Shown here piece after piece: positions 1 through 12,988 of a stretch of 64,000 nt of DNA (position 1 is its first letter; every line of letters begins with the position of its first letter). A program made the translations under genes and the position numbers. The stretch is taken from NCBI GenBank assembly GCA_965153285.1, contig OZ229110.1; one strand, 5' to 3'. Below the pieces are notes generated by a model, which saw only the letters and a list, made by a program, of their open reading frames with translations, made no database searches and was not told the DNA's origin. The DNA is from Podarcis tiliguerta. Lineage: Eukaryota.

Positions 1-1709
1 CTCCCTCCTTTCCCTTTAGGTTGTGTGTTCCCTTTCCTCTCCCCCATTCAAATTCCCCACCCTTTCCTTTCTCATCCACCTATTCATTCATTCATTCATT
101 CATTCAGTCTTTAATGGCATAATCCTTTCCTTTTTCAGTACTAACTATATAGCATAACTGCAATGAGTTAAGTGCTAATCATAAATGTCTGATTCTGGTA
201 CAGACGTGAACTGTGGCTAGTGGTAACCATAATTTGCCTGACTCAGGTGGCATAGCAAACTATGGTGACTGTATGTCAGGCAGTAGAAGGGGGAATTGTT
301 GCTGAAGCAGAGGGGGCGAGGCGATATGAAGAAGGTGCACTGCATGTATCTGGCAACTGCACCATGGTTTGGCAGGGACATCTGAACCAAGCCATTACAT
401 CTGCCGTGAGCCTATGTAAGAAATTAATCATCACATTCAATATGTATCAGGCTTGTATTTAACCAGTTGCCTCTGGTGGTTAAAAAAAGGCCCTATGTAG
501 TCAGATGCCCTTCCCCCACTGTGATGGAATAGAGCCACAGGGTCAGCCATTGCTGTGCATTTATGAGTTTATGCAAGGTTGTGCCATGAAGGTTTTCTCT
601 TTTCTTTCTAGCCTTAGAGTTTATAGTCCCAGGACCATACTACATGCTTTTTGTGTGTGTGTGGAGGCTGCACTGCCAGGTGGATACATTCATCTAACCA
701 TAAAATTCTACCCCCAAAAAATGAATCCTGGGAAAAAAGCAGTTATCTGACTCCACAAGACTCCCCTGTCATTTCCTAGTGCTTACGCCTCTTTGTAAAT
801 GTAGATGCTTTTCATTTCCTGTCCTTCCTCTGTCTCGTTCTGCGGTGCACATCTTATCTGACTTAAGCCCCCACAAACAGGACTGCATCCTGGAGAGTGG
901 CTGTCATCTCTTCAGCAGGTCTGTGCCCATTTCATTACAATGCGGATGGGAAATCCCATTCTTGCCACTGCGATTACAATAGTGCTGTGCAAGTGACCTA
1001 CTCAGATGTTTTCACAGTATCTTTAAACATTGAGGGAGGCTTTGAGAAAGGGGTTTAAAGAGAAAGGTATCTACTGAAAGCTTGTGAATGAGATGTAAAG
1101 ACATCAGCAAAGCAAAAGCAGTACAGGTTTGTGTGGGATGCCCTCCTCCCCGCAAGGAGGAGACAAGTATGATAAATAAATGACACAAATAGAACTAAGC
1201 ATATTTGAGAACAGAATATATGTATATTTTATAAAACAAATATGTATGCCTGGAAATTTTGCAAGATCATGACTCGTGGCTCCTACAGAACTTAAGGTGG
1301 CATTGTGTTTACTCCCTTGGGCTGGATGCCCCTGTATTCTTTTTATTTGTGAGTTATGTGTGTCTGTTTGCATGTGGCCTGGAAACAGTCCCTTATACCA
1401 GGGGGTGGGCATAAGATATATTGGGATCTGCTAGTTGCTCTCTGGTTTGCAGTAAATCAGAAAGGTCTCCTCTGCCCAATGCAGCAAGTAAAAGGCATTA
1501 TCTGCCATGGGTAGCCTAAAGCTTACTTCCCCTTCACGCTCAGTGTTCCTCACCTGTAAAATATGAGTATTGATTGATTACTGTTGAGCACGTTTTTGCA
1601 CAAGTGTGAGGGCTACTTTTAGAAATCATGTTAGAATCCCTATCTGTAGCAAACCGAGGTATAGATTTGTACTTGGATTTGCAGATTACCCTAGGGTATG
1701 AGTCATGGG

Positions 1710-2812
1710 CTAGAAAGTTCCAGAAAAACATCTGCTCCTGCTTCATTGACTATGCTAAAGCCTTTGACTGTGTCGACCACAGCAAACTATGGCAATTTCT
1801 TAAAGAAATGGGAGTGCCTGATCACCTCATCTCTGTCCTGAGAAATCTCTATGTGGGACAAGAAGCTACAGTTAGAGCAGGATATGGAACAACTGATTGG
1901 TTCAAAATTGGGAAAGGAGTACGACAAGGCTGTACATTGTCTCCCTGCTTATTTAACATATGCAGAATTCATCATGCAAAAGGCTGGACTGGATGAATCC
2001 CAAGCCGGAATTAAGATTGCCGGAAGAAATATCAATAACCTCAGATATGCAGATGACACAACTTTGATGGCAGAAAGTGAGGAGGAATTAAAGAACCTCT
2101 TGATGAGGGTGAAAGAAGAGAGCGCAAAATATGGTCTGAAGCTTAGTATAAAAAAAACTAAGATCATGGCCACTGGTCCCATCACCTCCTTGCAAATAGA
2201 AGGGGAAGAAATGGAGGCAGTGAGAGATTTTACTTTTTTGCGTTCCATGATCACTGCAGATGGAGACAGCAGTCACAAAATTAAAAGACGTCTGCTTTTT
2301 GGGAGAAAAGCAATGACATACCTAGATCATCTTAAAAAGCAGAGACATCACCTTGCTGACTATAGTCCGTATAGTTAAAGCTATGGTTTTCCCAGTAGTG
2401 TATGGAAGTGAGAGCTGGACCATAAAGAAGGCTGATCGCCAAAGAATTTATGCTTTTGAATTAAGGTGCTGGACAAGACTCTTGAGAGTCCCATGGACTG
2501 CAAGAAGATCAAACCTATCCATTCTGAAGGAAATAAGCCCTGAATGCTCACTGGAAGGACAGATCGTGAAGCTGAGGCTCCAATACTGTGGCCACCTTGT
2601 GAGAAGAGAAGACTCCCTGGAAAAGACCATGATGTTGGGAAAGATGTAGGGCACAAGGAGAAGGGGACGACAGAGGACGAGATGGTTGGACAGTGTTCTC
2701 GAAGCTACTGACATGAGTTTGACCAAACTGCAAGAGGCAGCGGAAGACAGGAGTGCCTGGCATGCTCTGGTCCATGGGGTCACGAAGAGTCGGACACGAC
2801 TAAACGACAACA
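1710..2812 (+). mobile_element. BovB (RTE clade) LINE, 5'-truncated, frameshifted
   Basis: RT motifs CFIDYAKAFDCVDH and NNLRYADDTTL lie in broken ORFs 1628-1996, 1851-2378 and 2353-2649. The 3' end reads GTCACGAAGAGTCGGACACGACTAAAC plus CAA. A 12-bp TSD ATGAGTCATGGG is at 1698-1709 and 2813-2824. Confidence 0.96.
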
Positions 2813-3097
2813 ATGAGTCATGGGATGCAATTGATAATTGGGTCTGTCCTCTGATCCATTATTTGTATCTGGTTCTGTAGCCCCACCTTCAACTCCAGAA
2901 CTTGATGCAAATTAGCGGCATGGTGGGGGGTACAAAACCAGGTGCAAGATGTGATTCCTATACAATGGAGTGCTCATTAAAAAAAAAAAAAAGCACTCAC
3001 CATAGATCTGAATGCTCACTTGTGATTTACATTGGAAAGTAGTGTAGAGAACCTCATGTAACCTGATCAAACATTCCACTCAGTATATTCCATAAAC

Positions 3098-3316
3098 ACC
3101 TCGGGTTGCAAACACTTCAGGTTACAGACTCCGCTAACCCGGAAGTAGTGCTTTGGGTTAAGAACTTTGCCCCAGGATGAGAACAGAAATTGTGTGGCAG
3201 CAGAGTGGCAGCAGTGGGAGGCCCCATTAGTTAAAGTGGTACCTCAGGTTAAGAACGGTTTCAGGTTAAGAACGGACGTCCGGAACGAATTAAGTTTGTA
3301 ACCAGAGGTACCACTG
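3098..3316 (+). mobile_element. Tc1/mariner (Tigger-like) MITE, left end damaged
   Basis: Same body as the copy at 20908-21149; right TIR GAGGTACCACTG is followed by TA. Confidence 0.85.
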
Positions 3317-3711
3317 TATTTGACAAATATGCAGTATTCCCCACAGCCCTTGCGTAGGAAAAGCAAAGTTTCTCCATCATTTCCACATAACTTGCACTCT
3401 AGACCTCAGCTGAAGGCTTTCTAATTTGTCAGCATTTGTGCTTCTGAAATAGCATCACATTAGTTTATCTCTATTTTTTCCTTTCCCGTCGAGCCTCTTG
3501 TACTACCTTAAAGCCATGCAGCACTTTTTGCAAGGTATCCAGTAGCTGCTCTGCCTTTCTTCCAATGGAAGCTGCGGCTTCCTCACAGATACTCTCTTGA
3601 ACTGTGTCATACATGTTTCTGGTGTGCTCTTATCAGCAACATGCCCGTGGGTTTGTGGATGGCACATGCTCTCAGAGCTACAGCTGTTGTGTGTCTTTCT
3701 GCTACACCTTC

Positions 3712-3842
3712 CTAGGCAATCTGCCCTTGGGTCTCCTGATGGCACACTTTCTGAGTTGCAGCTGTTTCTTCATCTGCCTTCAGAACTGTTCCCTCAGACA
3801 TGATGCCATGTAGTCTTCTCAACACACTTTCTTCATGCGCTT
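3712..3842 (-). CDS. Candidate terminal coding exon of unidentified minus-strand gene (AHEESVLRRLHGIMSEG...QIA*)
   Basis: Acceptor ctctctctag; phase-1 start is compatible with exon 4138-4004; stop TAG at 3714-3712. No homology recognised. Confidence 0.25.
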
Positions 3843-4003
3843 CTAGAGAGAGTTTACTGCCAGGACAAATGCACTGTATGGATATGTGATTCTGCTTTTT
3901 CTCTTAGAATGAGTTTTCTGTACTCCTCAGATTGCAGACCGATGTTTGCATACTGTTAGTGTGATTTCCCAGGGCTGCTTCAGAAGAAACAGGAGTTGCT
4001 TAC

Positions 4004-4138
4004 CTATAACTATTCCATTGGGTATACTTTTACAATCCTCCTTTCTCCATATTTGTGAGGGAATGTTGAAACGAAGAGCAGAACTGAGAGGGAGCTCTGC
4101 CCCTTCCAGGGGCAATCGCTGGATAGGATCCCTTACTG
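4004..4138 (-). CDS. Candidate coding exon (VRDPIQRLPLEGAELPLSSALRFNIPSQIWRKEDCKSIPNGIVI)
   Basis: 135 nt, phase 1/1, donor AG|GTAAGC, acceptor ctctcag; only one of three frames is open. Confidence 0.4.
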
Positions 4139-4644
4139 CTGAGAGTTGCATGCATATTACTATAATTGGAATGGGCCAATCAGGAACAACTTCACTTAAT
4201 AGATAAGCAACTTAAATTTCTTTCCAGTGTTAGGCCATCCATTACATATGAATACATTTTAAACATAAACTACTCTCAGTTGATTTAATGTTGCAAATAT
4301 TGGGTCAGGGAGGGTAATTTTAGAAGCTAACCACTTGATGGGGGTGATTAACCAGGCAGTTGTACAAAGGTGGCAAAAGAGTTAGGGAGGCATATAGAGT
4401 TAACTGTGCATGTTCAAGGAGTTGAAATCGCATTTGCTGTAGGATGGATTAGAATATGATCCGTTACAGTTCTTGTCCCCACTTAAACCAGGAACGAATG
4501 GATAACATCTTAGTTGTTCCCTGTTTGTTGTGGTTTGGTATGACAGAAGCTCTTCTCAGTTTGGGGTGTGAGGGGAAGTGGATTGCTTTGATGAGTGTAA
4601 ACTGTTATTGGATAGGTATATAAGTAGGATTTTAAATTAAAGAT

Positions 4645-4762
4645 CACAGGAAGCTGCCTTATGCTGAGTCAGACTGCTGGTCCATCTACCTCAGTATTGC
4701 CGACAATCGTGGTCCATGACACTCCAAGCCTGGGATTAAACCTAGCACCTTCTGCATGCATG
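4645..4762 (-). mobile_element. Degenerate tRNA-derived squamate SINE (related copies at 42508-42650 and 46308-46462)
   Basis: Shared motifs AGGAAGCTGCCTTAT..TGAGTCAGAC..TGGTCCATCTA and ACCTTCTGCATGCA across the copies. Confidence 0.65.
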
Positions 4763-4974
4763 TTTACTTTTTAAGGGTGGTTTATATGACAATCCATATT
4801 CCTGATTTTGGAATAGGGAGAGGTGTTCACAAACAAACAAACAACTATAAATATTTAAATCGGCTACAGACTACCTGAAGTGACTACAGTGTTGCAGAAG
4901 TGGCATGTGGCACCCTACAGAGTATGGGAAAACAAGTTTACTCCATCTTCCTTGTGAAGGTGGCTATCATATCT

Positions 4975-5080
4975 CCTCCCCGTCTCCTTTTTTACAGGCT
5001 ACCCAGCTCCCTCAACCATTCCTCATAAGGGTTGGTTTCCAGACACTTGATTGTCTTGGTTGCCCTCTTCTGCACATGTT
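4975..5080 (-). mobile_element. CR1 LINE 3' fragment
   Basis: cccagctccctcaaccattcctcataagg...ggttgccctcttctgcacatg resembles the antisense CR1 ORF2 C-terminal region. Confidence 0.6.
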
Positions 5081-6550
5081 CTTGGAGGGACTTGTCCCCC
5101 AAACTGCTGCAAAGCAGGGTCCAGGGTTAATGATGTAATTACTCTGTGATTCTCATATGCATGCATACTTGATTTTTTGTTAGATATTATTGTTGATGGG
5201 AGTTGTAGGCCAGCAACATCTGGAGGGCACCACCAGATTTATTGGGGGACAGAAATTACAGAAACAATTAAAAAACCCATACACTTTTCAATTAAAAAGT
5301 CTCACTGTTGCACCCTGTCTTTAAAAGCAAAAGGTTCAGGTTTAAGCATAGAAATGTCATACCATCAATCAGCAAAGCTTTAGGGAAGTTGAAAATGAGT
5401 TATTGATGTCCATTTTTAACATATTCCACAATTAGAAAAGCTAAACATCTTTTACAGCTCAGTCCATAACTTTAAACCCTGTTCTCTCTAAGTTGGAATG
5501 AAGGTGTTAAAAGAAATATTAGAGCCAAGGCAGGCCCAGCCCCAAAATATTTTGCTGCCTGAACTCTACAAGATGGAGCCTCCTCCATCCTCTCATTCCA
5601 TCTACGGAAGCTGACCAAACTGGCAGTTTAATCTTACTACAGCACTGGTCAGGTGACAGCATCCTTTACTGCTTCTGAGGGTAGAAGGCTAGCTTAGGCA
5701 GGGCAGGGCAGACTATGCAGCATGTAAAGGTCTATCCACTCACTGCCCCTCAGCTGCCTCAGTCTGCATGTGATAAGGCTAGCTCTGCCTATATTTTTAC
5801 ATATAAAGCATTGTGATCTATTTAAGTATTTCAAAACAGTAGTCTTTAACTACTGCATTAACTCCTAAACTTTGTGGTGGTTCTCTTGAACCTAGTGATG
5901 GTTAAGAGAAATAGGGGAGGAGGAGACTAATAATAATCTGTTTTGTTCCAGTTACCAGAATGTAGGATTCATTCTCAACTCTTTTCTTTTTTCCAGTCAG
6001 CTATTTTTTGTAAAGCATATATTCCACCACCAAAGCTTATTGTTTCCCATTTAAAATCATTCTTTTTGACTTTGCCAGGAGGGATATCAGTTTAATGCCT
6101 CATCTAAAGAGGACAGGATGCCCCCCCCCCCCGCTTTCCCCTAATAGTCCTGCATGGTTGCAATGTCAGCATTGAACCTTGTGCTTAGACTCTTGTGTGG
6201 GCCTTCAGCAGATGACCTTCTGCCCCAGAGGCAAGAATGTTACTAATGAAGGCATGCTGGCCCTGAAAGTGGGGAACATGCAAAGATGAAGAAGTGGGCT
6301 GAACAGGTCAGACCAAAGCCATTTTGGTTCATGCTTTCCTCTAAAGAATGGAATCATCCCTCCTGGCCTCCCCCCTCCTACTGCCTCATGGTGACCTCCA
6401 GCCAGTTTTAACTTATTCACTGACCCTGGAATTAACACCTTTCATTCTATTAATACTTTCAGGATCTCTGACCACAGCCTTTTCCACAGATCCCATATGT
6501 CTAACTTTCCAAGTATGTGGGGACAATTCAGAGAATTGTGTGCGACTTAC

Positions 6551-6584
6551 CCAATAGTGTGGGTTTTAACTTCAGAGGCTGCTG
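6551..6584 (-). CDS. Candidate 34-nt micro-exon (QQPLKLKPTLL)
   Basis: Acceptor ttttatgtttttttaaag, donor GG|GTAAGT; phase 0 to 1 fits exon 4138-4004. Confidence 0.3.
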
Positions 6585-8459
6585 CTTTAAAAAAACATAA
6601 AAGTGGGAGAGGGAGTCCTGTTTGGGTGTCTACCATCCTTGGGAGTTTTGACGCTTGTAACCTGTTGGAGTAATGCATACTACTTAACTCAAAATAACTG
6701 TAATCGTTTAGAACCATAAACAATATTAATAAAGTTAGTGCGAGAGAGAAAAATAAACCAGAAGCAACAAAGAAAATTGTTAGAATCCTGGAAATGTTGG
6801 GTTGTTGTTCTTTAAAGTAGCTGTGGAGATGAGCTTTTCAATATATGTAAGTTTTAAAAGACGATCCAGTAAAAGCTGTGCTGTTTTATGTCACTAAAGG
6901 AGGTTACCTATCTTTCCCATATATGGTTTCCTCAATCCTTGCTATAGTTTCTAATGAGGCTATTAACCCTTATTTTGAAACTGGGGAAAAGTTATGAGGA
7001 GACAGTTCATGGTTTTTATTTTTAGAAGCAGTGTTTTCCAATAACTTGGCTGCAGCATATGTGTCACATGTGTCAGGGTTTTCAAAAAATAAATAAATTT
7101 GTAGCACATTCCTGTCAGTTTACTCAGAAGAAAGTTATATTGGGGCTTATCTTTATTGCATCCTTAATGACATATTTATTTACATAGCAATCCCTCTTCC
7201 CCTTATCTCTTTTTGTCCCCCTTCTTCCCATTTCTTCTCCTTTCCCCTCTCCTCCTCACAACTCCCCACTCTCTTTTTATCAATGAAAACTTTTAAAAAT
7301 GTGATTGCTCTGGGGGTATTTGGTAGGGGGTTACTGATGGGGAGGGGCAATTTAACTCCCTAACTGCAGCTCCTGCTTCCCTCAAAATTTCCCATACATG
7401 GCAATAAGGCTTTTTAAAAAAGCTTCCATTGGCATCAACGTAACATAGAATATATCTAAAGCCTAATTTGTAGGTAATGTTGCATTCTGCCCCCCCCCCG
7501 GTCATCCTGAAATTCCATGGGATTGACTGAATGTTATTAAGCTTAGCATTGCCATATAATGAAATCCTTGTTTTCCACACCCTGTGCTTCGCAAACTTGC
7601 TAACTCTAACAAGGAATAAGAAATTAATTGTCTAAACTTGCAGTTCTAATTATGAATTCAACATTATCTCTGTAATAAATATTACAGGTGGATTAGAATC
7701 CAAATCCTTTTCATAGAAAGACTGCGTCCTAATACTTTTTTAATTCATACGGAGCTTGCTGTGCTATCAAATCCATCCGTTGGTGGGAGGGGAGCAGCAT
7801 CATACTTTACACATTTTATGCATAAGGTTTTTAAGCAGAACCTCCTTTTTCACACTGAGTTATAATTTTGTTTTGCTTAAGCTTATAAGAACCCAGGTAA
7901 AAATAACTACATTTAGAGCAGTTTCCTCAGCTTGGCAATCTCAGAGGGGGGAAATTTCTAGATTAGTTAAAAAAAATAAATGCCTCTCTGTCTCTCTCTC
8001 TCTCTTCCTTGTAAATATCTAGTCCTTTATGTGAGTCCCATTAATGTCTGCTAATAAGTTAGTCTTCAAATATCAATACGATGATGTGGGCTTGATGGAA
8101 GTTAAATGTCCCTAAATCCTATGAATTGATCTGTATGAGCTGTTTTCCACATGAGCGGTAGCTTCACCGAGGCAGACATCCGCAAACAGTGGAGGTCAGG
8201 GTAATGAAGGAGGAGCAGGCTTGGCGGCACACATGCACTCTATTCCTGACAGTGTCTTGCTTCGGCAAAGGGAAGTGAAGCGCGCATACCATGCTCAGTG
8301 GCATTTCCAAATGCAGCTCAGCTGGGGGCCTGTGCTTATTGCATCAGTGGCACATACTGAGGGGGGAAAGAAGAGAAATACATAATTTTGTCAAAGTAGT
8401 AGATCACAATCTCCCCCTCCTCCTTCAAAATCATCACCAGCACACACTAATAGCTCTAA

Positions 8460-8694
8460 NNNNNNNNNNNNNNNNNNNNNNNNNNNNNNNNNNNNNNNNN
8501 NNNNNNNNNNNNNNNNNNNNNNNNNNNNNNNNNNNNNNNNNNNNNNNNNNNNNNNNNNNNNNNNNNNNNNNNNNNNNNNNNNNNNNNNNNNNNNNNNNNN
8601 NNNNNNNNNNNNNNNNNNNNNNNNNNNNNNNNNNNNNNNNNNNNNNNNNNNNNNNNNNNNNNNNNNNNNNNNNNNNNNNNNNNNNNNNNNNNNN
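8460..8694. other. Assembly gap (N run)
   Basis: Run of n. Confidence 1.
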
Positions 8695-9308
8695 TTGAAA
8701 TTGTCAGAGAAATGAGTCACAGGCACGACTTGCTGGCCCTTGTATTTGTAAAAATGCATGTGTTTCCTCACCCCAACCCCAGCAAAAAGAGAGAGCCAAC
8801 AATAACATATTTCCTGTCGTTTTATTTCAGACAGCAGCATAATGGGAGAATGTAGATGATGTTGTGTTTTCCAGTGTGCTTTATGAAGACGTATTGAACG
8901 TGTTCAGGAAGGTTGGCTCATTTTGTCAGATTCCCTTCAAGTGAGAAAGTCTGTGAATATTATTTCTAAAATCAGTGTGGTAAAAAAAATAATTCTCTGG
9001 CATTTCTGTGCTTTAATATAGTAATCTAATAAATCCACTTCCTGAATTGGGGAAGTGAGCCTTCCGTGGTCACTGAGCATGACAAGATTTGTGCAAATGT
9101 CAGAATTCAAGAGGAATGGGTACATTTAAAGAAAACATGCCCTTCGTGTTCTCAACTGCTGTGTAGTCACCCTTTTAGGGAATTGTTTTAGATCAGTAAA
9201 TATAACCACCTGTGGTTCAGAACTCTTTTTACTATCCCCCCCCCCCCCTTTTGCCTATCAGGAGTGTTTCTTTCTATTATCCTTACTTAACATTATGTGT
9301 GTGTGTGT

Positions 9309-9380
9309 GATAGAATTGTAGAGTTGGAAGGTACCCCAACCACAAGGGTCCTCTAGTCCAGCCCCTCGCAATGCAGGAAT
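9309..9380 (-). mobile_element. CR1-type 3' tail fragment (same family as SINE at 46816-46974)
   Basis: atagaattgtagagttggaagg...tctagtccagcccc is the reverse complement of a CR1-like 3' end. Confidence 0.7.
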
Positions 9381-9385
9381 ATGAG

Positions 9386-9409
9386 GAGAGAGAGAGAGAG
9401 AGAGAGAGA
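9386..9409. repeat. (GA)n microsatellite
   Basis: Direct reading. Confidence 0.95.
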
Positions 9410-9608
9410 CTTGCTAATATGAGCATATTGCACTGTCCCAGATTTTTTTGTGTTGGAGGAATTACATTTTAAATCACTGTTGGTTTTCTGAATCATTCCC
9501 TAGTAGGTTAGATTTCTTTCCTACCATACATCATTTAGTTGTACTTTTAGTCTTGCAGTTGTGTTTGGAACATTATTTGCCATCTTAACTGTGAATATTT
9601 ACCCTGTA

Positions 9609-9964
9609 AGGTTAAAGGTAAAGGGACCCCTGACCATTAGGTCCAGTCGTGGCCAACTCTGGGGTTGCGACGCTCATCTCGTTTTATTGGCCGAGGGAGC
9701 CAGCGTACAGCTTCCGGGTCATGTGGCCAGCATGACTAAGCCGCTTCTGGTGAACTAGAGCAGCGCACAGAAACACCGTTTACCTTCCCGCCAGAGCGGT
9801 ACCTATTTATATACTTGCACTTTGACGTGCTTTTGAACTGCTAGGTTGGCAGGAGCAGGGACCGAGCAACGGGAGCTCACCCCATCGCGGGGATTCGAAC
9901 CGCCAACCTTCTGATCGGCAAGTCCTAGGCTCTGTGGTTTAACCCACAGCGCCTCCCGCGTCCC
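9609..9964 (-). mobile_element. Sauria SINE, full length
   Basis: On the minus strand: GGGACGCGGG head, A box, B box GGTTCGAATCC, ACCTTT-type tail. A 13-bp TSD TATTTACCCTGTA is at 9596-9608 and 9965-9977. Confidence 0.96.
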
Positions 9965-12135
9965 TATTTACCCTGTAGCCAGCTATTAATTACTGATTTA
10001 AAAGCACATAACATTGGATCCGGAGTGTTTCTTCTGAAAACAGGAGCATTCATTGTATCCCAGAGACTGAGAATCCAGCAGAGGAAGGGGGAGAAGACAT
10101 AGCTTGAGTTCCCCTAAAGCAACCTGCACCAGTTCCTATGCTGTTTTGGAGGATCCCCCAAACCCTTGGGAACAGGATTTCAGGGGGCATAGGGGGCTGC
10201 AAAAAGAAGAAAGAATTGGCAAAAATTGTGTCTTTCCTTGCTCCGATCTTGTGTGCCACTCACAGAAACTTTGGATCTAGCCTACTGCTTAGATTTGTTG
10301 AAAATGCATTTGAATAGTTAGTCTTTCTAGGGGAATATCTGGGGTAACAAAAGTATTTAGAATTCCTTCTGTGAGAAAGGTTCTACAGAATTATAGATTG
10401 TTTCCTTTCTATTTCAGTGCTCTTGGGATTTTTAATCCTTCTACACATAATACACCTAGAGACAGAACAGTATTAGCAATCAGTCGAAATGGAGGTTGTA
10501 AAGTATTCAGATAGTGCAATGTTCAATGTTTCTTAACCCAGTATAGGCTCTAGACTCCTTCCCCATTTATCCACTTTCAAAGTGAATCAGGCCAGATGTT
10601 TTAGTAGTCAGAACACTTCCTAGCAGTTTTAAGACAGAAAGCTGTGACACTGATATATCCCCATTAGAAAAATATCAGAGTTTAGCTTTCTTCAGGAAGA
10701 AGATTCTCATTAATATGATAATTAGGAACTGTATATAATAAATAATTGCATGTCTTTCTTTCTAGTTTATTTCTGTCATGCCATATTCTTTAGTTTATTG
10801 CTGTCATGCCAAATTCAGCAATTCTCTCTACCTGGTATTCCAAGTTTAGCACAATAGTTTAAAGACAGATATGTGCATAAGATTAAATAATAAGGATCTG
10901 GTATACTAACAGCACCCTACTCAGTATTGCTCAAGAATAAAATATGAAACCTTCCAAATCAGTATAGTTTTGAAATTAGTGGTTAAAATCAGTGCACTTT
11001 AGAAAGGTTCCCTCTGCCATCTTTATTCAAAATGGTGTCCAATTGTATACCAAAATAGTCGAAAACCTGTTCCTTGATCTCAGGAACTATTATACAAAAT
11101 GTGGTTACTAGTCTTAAGATGTGTCCAAATGCATTGCAAACAAACACCTTTCCAAAATATATAGTATATTAAATTCAAGCAGATATTGCCCAATATTTGC
11201 CACTCAAGTGATGACTGTAAGATTTCTTTCACCTAAGAGGTGAAATAATAGGGAAACATATTATTTGTTTAAATTAGTTATAGTAATATTATATACACAC
11301 ACAGACATTCGGTGTAACAAGAAGCTGTCTGAATATGTATACATGTACAGCCATTGTTGTTTTGGGTTATAGAAACTAGGCAACCATGCACTAAATAAAT
11401 TATATAATCTGAAATATTATAACAGGTGTAAGTTCCTAATAATATAACATGAAAGAAAGCTTTTTTTGCCAGCCTCTGCTTCTCTAGATGAATTTTTTAT
11501 ACTGGAAATATGAACGCAGGTGATATCTGTAAACATGATTTCCTGTGCTTTTAAGAATTCATGTCATTTTGTTGTTTGGTACTAATTTTCACCTCAGCAT
11601 GAATTAGCAATGACTGAAATTAGCTCAAAGTGAATTATAGTGGAACTATTTTGTCTCATCAGCAATGAATTTTGTAGAAGAGGCTCCCCCCCCCCCAAGG
11701 TACTGAATTGGAAATCTTTGGATACTTATTATTAATTGAACCAGGACATTAAAGCCAACTGCAGTGACATTGTATGTACTAAGGTGATTCACTCTGGGCC
11801 TGGGAACACCAGTCTGTAGGCAAGCAGAAGAATCTAAGGCTAGGAGATTTATTTCCAATTGGACTAGGAACCCGCCACTTGTACAGTCATTATTCCAACC
11901 AGCATAGTATAATGCACTGTCCTGCCTTCCCCTACTTTGCCTGAATATTTTGCTTGCTTGTTTAAATAATGTACTGGGCGCACTGTTATACACAGGCACT
12001 CAACTTCCAAGCGGCGAGAAATTTCAGGGGTGCAGCATTCACCCAGAGTACAGTTTTGTTTTTCTGTTTTTATATGATTAATACATGTTACCATTAAATG
12101 TTTTAAAGGACAACAGCACTAGTAAATAATAATAC

Positions 12136-12515
12136 TGTTGCACACCACCCTAATCTCCAAGCGATGGGGTTTCAACCACTGCCCCAGGGCCCATGTTTCC
12201 TTTTTGAAATGAGGCACAGCAGAGACTGTGCTGGTTTTTATGATAAATGGTTTATTTACAAATATACAACCTGAGCCTAAAATGGAGGGGTTCACAGCAT
12301 CAGTACCCCAAGAAGGCCTTGCTTCTCCCATGGCTGCAGCCTTGGATTCAAGCAGAGATTTGACGCTGCTTTCTAACATTCCTCTCCCTCTCGCTGTCCA
12401 GCTTCTGCTTTCCTTCTCGGTGACATCATTCCTTCCTATCCTAAACTTCTAACTCACATTGCTTCTAACTTGTGGGAGGCTTGTGGGAGGGATTTAGACA
12501 GGGGAGGGAGAGACA
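12136..12515 (-). mobile_element. LTR-like element (solo LTR candidate)
   Basis: Starts TGTTGCA, has an antisense AATAAA (tttatt near 12251) and typical LTR layout; no TSD found. Confidence 0.35.
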
Positions 12516-12542
12516 TACACACCATTGGAATTCAGAGCATTA

Positions 12543-12544
<2 letters not shown>

Positions 12545-12576
<32 letters not shown>
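12545..12576. repeat. (TG)n microsatellite
   Basis: Direct reading. Confidence 0.95.
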
Positions 12577-12580
<4 letters not shown>

Positions 12581-12605
12581 ATTTACACATATATAGGGGG
12601 CCACT

Positions 12606-12954
12606 GCGGGACGCGGGTGGCGCTGTGGGTAAAAGCCTCAGTGCCTAGGGCTTGCTGATCGAGAGGTCGGCAGTTCGAATCCCCGCAGCGGGGTTGTTTG
12701 GTCCCAGCGCCTGCCAACCTAGCAGTTCGAAAGCACTCCCGGGTGCAAGTAGATAAATAGGGACCGCTCACTAGCGGGAAGGTAAACGGCGTTTCCGTGT
12801 GCGGCTCTGGCTCGCCAGAGCAGCGATGTCATTCTGGCCACGTGACCCGGAAGTGTCTCCGGACAGCGCTGGCCCCCGGCCTCTTGAGTGAGATGGGCGC
12901 ACAACCCTAGAGTCTGTCAAGACTGGCCCGTACGGGCAGGGGTACCTTTACCTT
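12606..12954 (+). mobile_element. Sauria SINE, full length, nested at the head of the L1-type element
   Basis: A and B boxes, ACCTTT tail; 12-bp TSD TAGGGGGCCACT at 12594-12605 and 12955-12966. Confidence 0.96.
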
Positions 12955-12961
12955 TAGGGGG

Positions 12962-12988
12962 CCACTAGGGGGCGCATTGGAAGATGGC
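12962..12988 (+). promoter_or_regulatory. Consensus CTCF core motif plus YY1-type motif
   Basis: CCACTAGGGGGCGC (12962-12975) matches the CTCF core CCACYAGRKGGCRC; AAGATGGC (12981-12988) is the YY1 core found at L1 5' ends. Binding is not shown. Confidence 0.6.

Noticed and set aside
8291-8840. ORFs containing X runs (also 37039-37723)
   Set aside because: They are artefacts of translating through N gaps.
11646-11999. 117-aa minus-strand ORF as a possible exon
   Set aside because: The acceptor is weak, there is no clear donor, and no motif is recognisable.
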